This document shows, piece by piece, positions 52,735-64,000 of a stretch of DNA of 64,000 nt. The DNA is from Utricularia gibba (lineage: Eukaryota > Plantae > Magnoliophyta), in contig NEEC01000002.1 in the NCBI GenBank assembly GCA_002189035.1, positions 5,518,001-5,582,000 of the forward strand, written 5' to 3'. The translations under genes and the position numbers were made by a program. Numbering within the stretch: the stretch's first letter is position 1; every line of letters starts with the position of its first letter. The notes below the pieces were generated by a model. The model searched no databases and was not told the origin of the DNA. It saw only the letters and a program-made list of their open reading frames with translations.

Positions 52735-53070
52735 TCATTAATAAATGGGTAGTGATCTCATACCCATACCATTGGTCATTGGCAACAATTTGGACGCACG
52801 TACAGAATTTGGTTTTAAAGGCAATCGATGACAATCTTCTTGTCATCTTAATCGTCCAACAGGAAATCATATAAAGCTATTCTCGAGACTCTTTTTGAAA
52901 GTGTAAAGGAGAGTAGATTATTTATTGCGATTATAACCAATTATTTGAAAGAAATCACTAAAACCCGAAACAATTATAGACAAAGAAAAAATGAATTCTC
53001 TTTCATAATAACTATTTCCTTTAATCAAAATCTATTAATTACATTTTATTTTGTATTCTAATATCATAAG
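52735..53070 (+). mobile_element. Third, partial copy of the solo-LTR family at 15795 and 18124
   Basis: CCATTGGTCATTGGCAACA..GGCAATCGA..TTATAACCAATTATT aligns with about 16610-16860 and about 19110-19370. Confidence 0.75.
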
Positions 53071-53299
53071 CTCCTGTTAGAGATTGTTTGGTTGACTAGT
53101 GTAACCCAATTTCTATTAAAATTTTATGTGTTTCTTATGTTTCATTTTCTCTTCAATGATAGTTTACTACTAGAGTTTGTCTCCACATCATTGGGGCTAT
53201 GATCATCGATAGGAACCATTCAAAAATGGATTCATGTACACCAAGTCATGAGTAAATTTGGTGAGGTATTCACTATCTCAGTGTTGGAGACTGATACTT

Positions 53300-53950
53300 G
53301 TTCCATAACATCTCTATATATATACATGATCTTTCACCTGTTGTTCTATCCTTTTCAAATATTTAACACCAATCTTGATAGAAAGAGAACACGTTATCCC
53401 GCATAGAACAACTAGGTTTTGCCTTAACCAAGAATACACAATACAAAAACCTAATTTGATCATTCTCGAATATTTTTTAAATTATATACCAATTACTACT
53501 CACAATAAGAATGTAACAAGGGACCACAATCCAATAATGCAATTTCTACTAAAAAGATGAAATTATCAAAATGGTCGAGAGGGAATAGAAATAAGAGGTG
53601 AATGCATGCATGTAATCCTTATACACAAATGGAATTTAACTTTGATAATTTCCTCCCACGACACTCATCAATAGCATCTATCATAATAGTAGTTGAATTT
53701 TATCCATTACCGCTTCCACCCAAAATATCCAATACAGAATAATATCTTTTTCCATCCTTGAAACTTCGAGCTCATTTGAGAATTTGCATATATAGTCATC
53801 ATTGGAAACAATTGTTGCATACCATTATCTATGTTCCAGCCATTTTTGGTACATTTCTTGAAGACAATAATAAAATTCCTCTCTTCAACTACCAATCATA
53901 AACGTTTGAAAGCCTCTTCCTCCATTGGCCCTAAGCATTGCATCGCTTAA
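53300..53950 (-). mobile_element. Possible degenerate gypsy gag remnant
   Basis: Weak resemblance of minus-strand frames to gypsy gag; heavily decayed. Confidence 0.25.
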
Positions 53951-55668
53951 ACTCCCTAATTGCAAACCCTAGGAAAATAAAGAAAAAAATGAGAAGTAAA
54001 GGATAAATTGGTTTTTCAAATGTAAAACCAATGAATATCCTAGCCCAAAACTTACAAAGCAAATATATAAAGTCAAAACTCTCACCTACAACCAATTACA
54101 TTTTAATCAATAACCATGTGTTTAACATCATAGTAATCTAAACAAGGAAAAAAAACCTTCCCATCAACCAAACAGCTTATTACAAACATATGATAATTTA
54201 TAATAGATTAGCATAAAAACTCTTTTCACAAAATTTAATTCTCCTATGATCGACATTTATACTACACTTAATTGTGTTTTACATTTTTCATAATTAGAAT
54301 TTATTGAGAAACAACACATAATAGTTAAACACGTAGGATTATAATATTCTATTAAAAACATATCGTGGATAAACACATTTTTTAAACCAACATTTTAAAG
54401 ACGTAATTAATCTTCTTTAAGATGCATAAGTCCATGTGTTTTAGGTATTGCAAACTCCAATTTATAGTACTTGAAAGATATTGTTTTTATAAAAGTTGGG
54501 CAAAGTAGACATCTTTTTCCCATATCTAGATGGGTGTCTTGACTACTCTAGATTAGTCTTGTGAGATGTAAATCCATGTGTTTTAGATACCATGAATTCC
54601 ATTTTGTGGTGTCTCAAAGATATAGTTATTTTGTTTTGTAAATGAGTTATTATGGTGAAAATAGTTATATGAAAGCTAATATTGAAAAACTATCTACCAA
54701 TATTTAATACAACAATGACAAAAAAGACTCTCAATTATCCTCAAGAAAATGTAATGTAAATATATCGACAAATAACTAACTTACCAAAATAACGATTATA
54801 TCTCATATGAACAAAAAATAAAACCAATGTTATAGATATTATTTACATGCATCTGCCTAATGTAACACTCAATTACTTATTTAATTAAGTCTAGTCTATC
54901 AATTAATTCTACAAGAGGCCAATGACACCTCAATAGGATTGCCGCATCGCGAGGGTTTAGAAATTATAATGATTGTTATAGTTAAATTTCCATAATATTT
55001 TATATGGATTTTTAAAGAGATAATATCATAATACATCAAACATAATAAGGCTATATTAAATAATTTATAATATTTACTCATACATATCTATTTTTAAACA
55101 TATCTAACAAACATATAAAGTACTAAATTCTAAATAATTGCAACCTATACATCTAACCCATAATTCCCAACAAATCATCATTTAAAGGACTAATTGAATA
55201 GTAATAATTTATATCCACCTAACAACATAGCCTAAATGAGTTTAGAAAATAATTATCACAATTTTGGAATTTTTATCTTTTATATTCTCGATTAAAAAAA
55301 AGAAAAATCATCTTTACACAAGAAGACATTGCTCAAAAACATTGTATATTTGAATTTCAATTTATCTATTTTTCTATTAAATTTTGTATAGACCAAAATA
55401 CATGAAATGCCAAGATGTGGTGGGGGACCATGGCTTCTATCTAACACAATTCCAAGTATACAAAAATCCAACGCGGACGCGGAGCGAAGATCGACTGCTC
55501 ACCAAGTGTTAGAGGAAAAGGCGCACTGAGTATCAGAAAGCGAAAGCGTAGTCTCTCCCACTGACCTTCGCTGTCCGCGTTTCACATCTCCGTCGCTTTC
55601 GCTTTTCCGCTCCATAAGAACCCCCACCTCCCGCACTCCTTCCCTCCTCTTCATCCAAGATTCCGATC

Positions 55669-57364
55669 ATGGGTTCAGTATCCGCCTTCCTCCTCTCGGT
55701 GCAGATTATCCTCTGCTTTTGTCGAGGTCTCGCCGGAGCCACGGCGGTGCCAGCGCTGTATGTGTTCGGAGATTCACTGGTGGACGCCGGCAACAACAAT
55801 CACTTGCCGCTGTCGATTCTCAGAGCCGATTTTCTGTACAATGGCATCGATTACTCCGGCAGGAGACCAACCGGAAGATTCTCCAACGGCAAGAACGCCG
55901 CGGATTTTGTAGGTCTGTGAGTTAAGTATCTCCCTATACGAAGATTTAGATGAGATTCTCTTTTTTTTTCCGAGCATTTGAGGCCATGGGGCTGCTGGTA
56001 TTTACATTAAATGGTGGAATGTACGACAGCGACTGAACTTGATATTGGTGTATTGGTTGGCAGCTGAGCAATTAAAACTTTTACCGGCACCGCCTTACCT
56101 TTCCCGGCGTAACGGCACATTTGAGGCCGGTGCAAACTTCGCCTCCGGCGGCGCCGGGATCTTGAACACCACCAACAGTGCCGTCGCTGTAAGCAACTAC
56201 TTACTTCCTCTACGCTCTACACTCATTTATTACCGTTTACAAGGCTTCTGTAAGATCGTAGATATTCCTTAACAAATATCCCTAATTTGTAAATTTATCG
56301 CAATATTTTAAGCCAATTTGGCTGCACGGAGTTGCACCGATATAAATGATTGGGTTGTCTTGTAGCTGCAAATATCTACCACCTGCCCCTGCGACTGCGC
56401 GCACCGGCGCACGTCTCCCAACGGGCAGCCGTGCAGGGCGGCCACCTGCCTGACATATGACTCCTTTGTGAAATTTATTGAGCATTTGTTTTTATCATTG
56501 GATAGGAACAAAATATTCCGCTGCGGAAGCAGTTATGGTATTTCTCCAAGGTCCGAGCAAAGCGGGTGGAGGAGCTGGGATCGGAATCTGCAGCCCAGGA
56601 GCATTTCTCCCAGTCCATCTTCCTCTTCGTCATCGGTAGCAACGACGTTCTGAATTTCGCCGGATCCAAATCCGCACAAGATTTACCGGCCGATGAGTAC
56701 ATTGCTCAGATGACTTCCACATTCAAGGCCGTGATCAAGGTAATTAATTCAATTTTGTAAACTTGGGTCTTTTTCTAGCCTTCTGATTCGGCGAAATCAA
56801 TTGAAGGCGGCGCATACCCTGGGAGCCCGTAAGTTCATGGTCGCCGCGTTGCCGCCGGTAGGCTGCACGCCCAGGCAGCGATCGGGGATCGCCGATAGTG
56901 AATGCAATGCCGAGGCGAATTCGATGTGCGAGAAGATCAACGCCGTATTCTCGCGGATGCTGCCGGAACTCAAGTCGGAGCTCGTAGATTTCCACTACAC
57001 CTACTTCGATACGTATCGCGTTCTGATGAACTTCATTCAGAATCCTGAAAATTACGGTAACGAATGCCCGACCTCAAACCGAATTGATTGATTGCACTCG
57101 TTGTTGGACGGCGAATCGACGGGCCTTTGCTTTCACATTTCAGGGTTTGAGGAGACCAGATCGGCTTGCTGCGGCCTAGGGAAGCTGAGGTCGGAGGTCC
57201 CCTGCTTACCAGTTTCATTGTTCTGTTCCAATAGGAGTAACCACGTTTTCTGGGACATCTACCATCCAACGGAGAGAGCTGCTCGCGCCGCCGTAGATGC
57301 CCTTTTTAGCGATTCCGGTGAGTACGTAGCTCCTATAACAGTATCCCAGCTCATTCAACTGTAA
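55669..57364 (+). CDS. GDSL esterase/lipase
   Basis: Signal peptide; YVFGDSLVDAGNN; PTGRFSNG; GANFASGGAG; IGSND; ACCG; VFWDIYHPTE. Exons 55669-55912, 56064-56188, 56506-56739, 56807-57056, 57144-57364. Confidence 0.96.
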
Positions 57365-58278
57365 AGCAAAACCTGCTCCGCGATGGCTGGCACTTACAAA
57401 AAGCTCTCCTGAGTTGATGCATCTAGTTTTTGGTACCAGTAGCTTGTGCCCGCATGATGAAAACCTAGCTTGATAAAGGAGCCTTATACTTGTGGAACTT
57501 CCTTTAGAACAGCTACTGCATCTTAGATGATGAACCTGTCATACAGAGCTAGAACTTGTAGATCTTCTGGTTCTCCCCTAGCTGCCAAAGGATGTCATCC
57601 CCTGTTTAACCCCCCAAGAAGCCTGCGGAAGCTCCATCTTCATCAAATCTGAACACAATCAAAATGACTCACTCATGTAGGGATCTGAAAAAGAAAGAAA
57701 AAGAAAAAAGCGCAATATTCAAAGAAGATGACAACCCTGACACCTGATAGGTACAAGTGAATCCACTAAATACAAGGTAGGAGATTCTGATTCAAAGCTG
57801 TGCTGATCTTCTTTTGATGTGTTGGAATAGCTTTTTCCAGCTTTCCACATTCTGAAATAGAAATATCAGTTTCAAATCTCTTACCTTATTGCTGCTCCCA
57901 TTCATTCTCCTCAACATATGATTACAAAATGGAACCTGCTTTCATGATGAATAGAGACAGACAAAAAGAGAAGTTTAGAAGTAGCAAGGACTGGTCTACC
58001 GACCATACACCATATTTAAACTGCAAATTCACATGAACTCCATTTGTGACTACTTGAAGTTCATGTCCGGAACACAAACTAACGTTTTTCGACTACAGCA
58101 TATCCTCTTGAAACCCAATGGAGTGTGAAAATTTAGCAAAGAGTAATATAAAAAGCCAGCAATTTGAATTTGGTCAACTTTAGGGGAAGGAGAATAAAGC
58201 CTTGTATAAAGATAAAATTAAATAATTAATGTGTTTATCAATTTATATTTAATTATCTGGAAAATTAATCGTACTAAT

Positions 58279-61200
58279 CAAAGTTATTACAAACGAGCTG
58301 GTCAAGCCGAGCTTTCTAGAAAATTTGGAGCTGGAGGTGGAGCCCGAGCTCAAAATTTTTTATAATTTTTTTATTTGTATAGTTTTTAGGTCAAAATTAC
58401 TTTATAAAATTAATATCTCGAATATTTTTTTTAATTATAATTATTTAAAGATAAAATACACTCAAAATACAAATAAACCACAAAAATACTTAATTAAATA
58501 ATATAACAATAATATTTAAATTTAAATTACATTTTAATCTTTTTTAAAAGTCAAAAATATACTTTTGACCAATATAGACTAATCCCATTCTAAATCCCAA
58601 TTACTTGTAAAAAAATGAAAAAAATATATAAAATGACTATCATGAAAACTTAATGGTTAAAAATCATCACAAAAATGTGAAAGGTATATTAAATAATTAC
58701 CACCAAGTAATGATAATTTCATTTTTCATTTGCAAATCACCAACCAGAAGTAGTATTTCAATTCCTTTTGTTTTTTTCTACAAGTATACAATTTTAATAT
58801 ATGGAAAAAGAAATTAAATAATACATCAAATAAGTTACATTGATTTTTTCAGTAACTTTAAATTTTTTACGTGATCAATGTCCTCCACACATGAATACTT
58901 GAAATGTATCAGTTCACAATGATATTCGATACCAATTAACCACTCTACTATTTCCAATAAAACATGCTTTCAAGGCTACATATGTTATAAGAATATCTAA
59001 AATATCTCTAGCAATGATCGAAGATATTCTGTATCTAGAAGATTCGATTTTTCACCATTATAAAAAAATCAAATTTTATATTACTTTTTCAATTATCTAT
59101 TTGAAATATATTCTCTTCTAAATATGTGTCAAGTTCAGTCTTTTTCACGGCCTCCATATCATCTTCTTGAACATACTCATTCAATTCATTCCAATAATCT
59201 GAAACTTCTCAATATTCAATAAAGGTCGCAAGTCCATTGGTATGCAACTACATATGGTCTTGTCTTATTGTGAGTCTATGAAACTATATTCAATTGTATA
59301 TTCTTAAAAAAGAATATGCAAAGTCTACTTTAGCTTTTTTTTATTTTCTTCCACTTGGCACGATGTACACAATTTTGAAAAATTAAAATCAATCATCTTC
59401 ATCTTGAATCTTGGATCTAAAATAGCATCAATAAATAATAATAAATGGCAATCTTCCCAATATTTCTCAAATTTTAATTTCATGTTCGAGGTCATATCTT
59501 CTATGAATGAATCCATAAATTGAGACTTGCTATCTAATATTACTTTCACACTGATTACTTGTTTAAAAAAAATATTTGAAGTTGGATAATTAACACTTGA
59601 AAGTATATGAGTGGCATGCCAAAAAACCTTCAAAACTTTTTTTCTTGTTAGATATAGTGTACTGATAATCAAAACAAGCTAAAGTGTGTCTGTTACTAGC
59701 AAAGTTGAATATCCATTAATGTTGATATCTCTAGTGAGATTGGAGAAGCATGTTCCACTTCAAATAAATGTAAGGTTACCTCATCTTTGGATTGGTATGA
59801 CCATTTTATTCATGATAAAAAGGCGAAAAAGGTGATACATAATTATTATATGATGGAATCGGTACATACCATGTCGAGGAGGAAAGAAGATAGTTTGTAC
59901 ACCTCCCTCGAGATAAAATGAGCAGTGGAGAACACAAATCGGAGGTCTTCATCGGTACTACATCAGAAATCTGCAGGACAACACCGATTAAGAGTATAAA
60001 TCAGACTCTTACACCTGATAAGTGGATACATGCCTGTAGGAACCAAGATAAGACAGTGTCAAGCCTCAACCATTTCAATAGACTCTAAAAGCAGCTGAAT
60101 TGTAGGATCCTGGAACAAGGGGCGGTTATTTGTAAGTAGAACAACATATGCGCCTGACATATCTGCTAGATGCAGAAAATAGTTGACACCTATAATAATT
60201 GGTCTATCAGGTTTCCCCTATGAATAACGAAACATTTGAAGAGAAAAGCATGGTGGATTCCATATGTTACTTGTTATCCTACTCCTTCTCTTCTCAATGA
60301 AATTATTTTTTTCTATGAACTCCTCTAGTTCCATGGTTTTTCTATTTTAATAGTTTCCACGTAAAAAATCCTCGATATTCTTAATGGCTTTTCCCACGAC
60401 TGTTGATCGCACCAAAAAGTCTTTTAATAAAAAAAAGACACCGATTTAATACTCTAAAATCGAATCCCATTGAAGAGCTAATTTTCAACGACAACATTGT
60501 AATATATGTTATGACCATGGCAAAGGGTTCCACATCTAATTTTTTACACCACATTAGAAATAAACATCTTGATAGGGGTGTTTCTACTTTAATACAATCA
60601 AATCGAATGTGGTTGGGAATAGTATTACTGAGCATTCAAATTTGATGTTAATGTTTGTCAAGTTGATTACGTACTTACCATGATTGCTAATGAGAAACCA
60701 TTTTCTAATGTAGAAAATCATTTATAAGAAATTTTTAACCAACTCTCATGCAACCTCATTTTGTGCCAATTTCTAGAAGGAAAGTTTTTAGGATAACATT
60801 TTAACAATTTGAGGAAAAAAAGCTTATCTAGTTTCTTCATTTTAATCTATGTGATATAAATTTAGATTGACAAGTGATGGGTGACATGGTATTAATGATG
60901 AGGATTATATTGTTGTAACTATTCATTGGATAAATTATAAATTGAATATGCATAAAAGGATATTCGAGTTTAAACCTAGGGATTCTCCTCATACAAGTGT
61001 ACATATTGCTGAGTTTATTGTTGTTATCTACCTTGAGTATTCGATTCTTAATCATATTTTTAATATTAATCTAGATAATGCTTCAAAAAATGCTACTGCA
61101 ATTACAGCAAAAAAGTCTTCCATGAACCCTATTTTGATTGGTTGATTTTTTAGATCCAAATGTATTTGTCGTATTATGAATATATATGTTCAAGGTACTT

Positions 61201-63728
61201 TATCCATAAATGATATTGACACTACTTTGTGCCATGTGCATAAAATCATTCATCAATTGAAATCTTCTAATACTAAAAGAACTTATTTCAAATGCATTTG
61301 TGAGCTGAAAAACATGTCATATAGAGCTTTAAAAGGTGATTCAGCAACTAGATAGAATTCAACTTTTAAAATGCTACAAGTTTTATTTCTCATAAAAATG
61401 TTATTTCATTGTTTTTGAAAATGCATGGTAATATGAATATTCAAATAGATGATTCCATGTATGTTAAACTCAAAATTCTTATAGAGTTTTTATTTATGTT
61501 TATAAGTATACGCTAATTTTTAGTGGAGTTTACTATCCCCCGTCCCATTTATTATCTGCTCTTGTTTCTATTGCTCTTTATTTATAAAGTATTTTTGAAA
61601 TTGATGTTCTTGTAGATGTTGCCAAAACCATGATTTAGTTTTTAAAGTAATATGAAACTATTCCTAATTTGTTTCTTGTAGTCAATATGCTTGATCCTAT
61701 TGTAAAAAACGGATGGATTGCAGACTGGTTTAAAGGTTTTTTGTAATTGCTTTGTTTCACTCAATCTACTTGGTTTTTTACCTGATGCTAAAGACATGTA
61801 TGATTCTACTTTAAATGCTTTAATATTGTATGAATTATATGAAAATGAATATGATACTTCAAAACAACAACAACAACAGGGGATGAAACTATTTTACAAC
61901 CTTCCGTTGATGATTATTATTCAATGGTTTTAGCTTCTCGTAGCATTAATAAAAAGACTAGTAAGATTGCATTATACAATGCAATGCATCAGTTTCAACG
62001 TAAAGAAGATAGATTTGATATTTTAGATTGGTGGAAGACACAAGCTTCCATTTATCCAACTTTGGCACAAGTTACAAATCTGTGCTTGCACCACCTGCTT
62101 CTACAGTTGAATGAGAGTGCTTTCACTTTGGGTGGCAGAGTCCTTACCGAAGAGATCAAACTTGGCAGCCACCACTTTGAAAGCTTGTATTTGCTTTGTT
62201 GAGAATGATAGAGATAACAAGAAAGATGAATGAAATTCTGCATCTGAGACTGATTGATTTGTTTCATTCCTTTGTATGCCTTTTTATTTTTGTTGTTGTA
62301 TTCTTTGTATACTTTTATTGAAGACCATATTATTAACTTCTTAATAGCTACGAAATTTGGTTACATGTGCTATGAAATGTTTCAAAAATTTAAATTGTAC
62401 CAGTTACATGTGCAGGTCCGATCCCGATTACTGGTCAACCCGGGACAACTCGTAGTTGGGATGAGTGAACCTCCTTGACCCATCGACTCGTACCAGCAGG
62501 ACTGAGTCGTGACCTGTCCGGGTCAGACCCATGCCCATGCCTACTTTGCTCACATCTTCCAAAATATTCATCAAATGTTTTTTCTCCTTTCATAACTATT
62601 AACACATTTTTTTCAAAGTCTCTTGAGATTTTTCATATCTCATCATATGATTAAATCCTTCTTCTTCCATAGATATAAAGTGATGATCACGCATTACAAT
62701 CCAATCTCCTATAATCTCCTTCATCTTTCCCTCATCATACTATAAAAAGTGAATTGCCTAGATCTCCATCTGAAACAATCTTTAGTGTTGTTTACTTAAA
62801 TCTATCAAATTATCTTTTTTTTCAATGCCTCACAACTTTCAATGTGTCTTCTCAAGTTCATGTAGGATTACCGTTGCTTTTTTTGAAAAACTTGTCACAA
62901 TGTATACATTGATTTTTAAAAGATTGTCTATAGGATCAACCGAATTTCTAAAAATTTTTCACACATCAGATTTCTTTGATCTCTTTGCAACTTAATCGTC
63001 ATCTAAATCTTCAATATGTTCTTCTATATTTGCATCTTTTGTACCGGTTTCTAATTGTTCATGGATTACTTCATCATTAATAACATCAAAATCCATGAGT
63101 AACTTATGCACCATATCCTTAAATTTGATTAAAAAAAAAAGAGCACGAAACAAATTGATTCCCACACAAATTCATTAAAACATAGAATTTGAAGAAAAAA
63201 AAAAGTAAAACAAGCATCACAATTTTGAATACTTACTGGTTTGAGTATAGGATTTAAGTTTAAAATTTCAATGAATAAAAGACTCAAAAAGTCTTCCGAT
63301 AATCAAGTGCAAACTAAGAAACAAAAAGTAGCTCAACGGTCTAGTCTAATTAATAGGAAGAATAAAAGTTTATTGGGATTTGGAATTGTAAATTGTCACA
63401 TCAAAAAGAAATATTAACATATTTTTATCATATATTCATTTTCAATAACTTAATATATATGATTGATATTCACTTTTATATTATTAGATCATTTTTAAAT
63501 ATAGGAATTAAATGAATGTCTTAAACAATAAAATACTATAATATATTTATGGTATAATTTACTCTTTCATAGTAAATATATTTGTTTGATAGTATTTTAA
63601 TTAATTTTATATCATTAAAATTTTTTTATAAAAAAGCTCGTGTGCCGACTCGAGAACCTCGTTAGTAGTCGTCAGTATAAAATATATTGATGTTTATTCG
63701 AGCTAAGCTAGACTCGTTAGTAGTCCTA
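58279..63728 (-). mobile_element. Decayed hAT transposon (outer element), middle of transposase missing
   Basis: Right end AACGAG..TAGTCCTA-type terminus at 63728 and a degenerate left end at about 58279, with GAGC/CGAG subterminal repeats. BED/N-terminal remnant at about 62550-63150 and C-terminal remnant at about 58900-59800 (KLKFEKYWEDCHLLLFIDAILDPRFK), both on the minus strand. Confidence 0.75.
60380..62543 (+). mobile_element. Second decayed hAT transposon nested in the opposite orientation
   Basis: BED remnant (KGSTSNFLHHIRNKH); PHTSVHIAE; LKGDSATR; LDWWKTQASIYPTLAQV..ESAFTLGGRVL; 3' terminus ATGCCCATGCCTA at 62543. Matching 5' TIR not seen. Confidence 0.8.
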
Positions 63729-64000
63729 ATTTAAATTCAATTTTCTTTCATTTCATTGCATTATTTCTACTATGATCAAAGTTTTTGTTCCTCAAGTTTA
63801 TGCATGATTCTTATGTTGTAATTAATTTCACGTTTGTTGTAGAAAAATGAAATCTCTTCCAGTTTAATAGTAAACAATTGTTAATAACTCTAATAAGGAG
63901 AGTATTAATAATCAAAACCAACCAATTCAAGTAGTAGGCGTAGTTGGACACCACCAGAACTGAAGTCTTCTGTTGTCTCTTACAAATAAAGCATATTGCT

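Overview
Plant (eudicot-like) nuclear genomic window; no prokaryotic features. It holds seven intron-containing protein genes: ATXR3/SDG2 H3K4 methyltransferase (+), a CCCH-zinc-finger WD40 (ZFWD) gene (-), an LLG/LORELEI-like GPI-anchored protein (+), an Ataxin-2-like SM-ATX/PAM2 protein of the CID16/17 type (+), a beta-1,3-galactosyltransferase (-), an AMN1-like RNI/LRR protein (-) and a GDSL lipase (+). A polycistronic snoRNA cluster (three C/D box, one H/ACA candidate) at 1.5-2.1 kb is invisible to the ORF track. About 14.4-28 kb and 50.6-63.7 kb are transposon-rich: a 78-bp tandem array with a 26-aa open frame, two related solo LTRs with TSDs, a deleted Copia element with a hAT transposon in its 3' LTR, Tourist-like MITEs, a LINE remnant and nested hAT elements. 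ATXR3 carries three apparent 1-bp frameshifts, each repairable by adding one G to a G-run, so an assembly artefact is at least as likely as pseudogenisation. All family assignments come from recognising motifs by eye; no database searches were run. I found no convincing wholly new biological system. The best leads are the snoRNA cluster, the G-run frameshifts and the 78-bp array.
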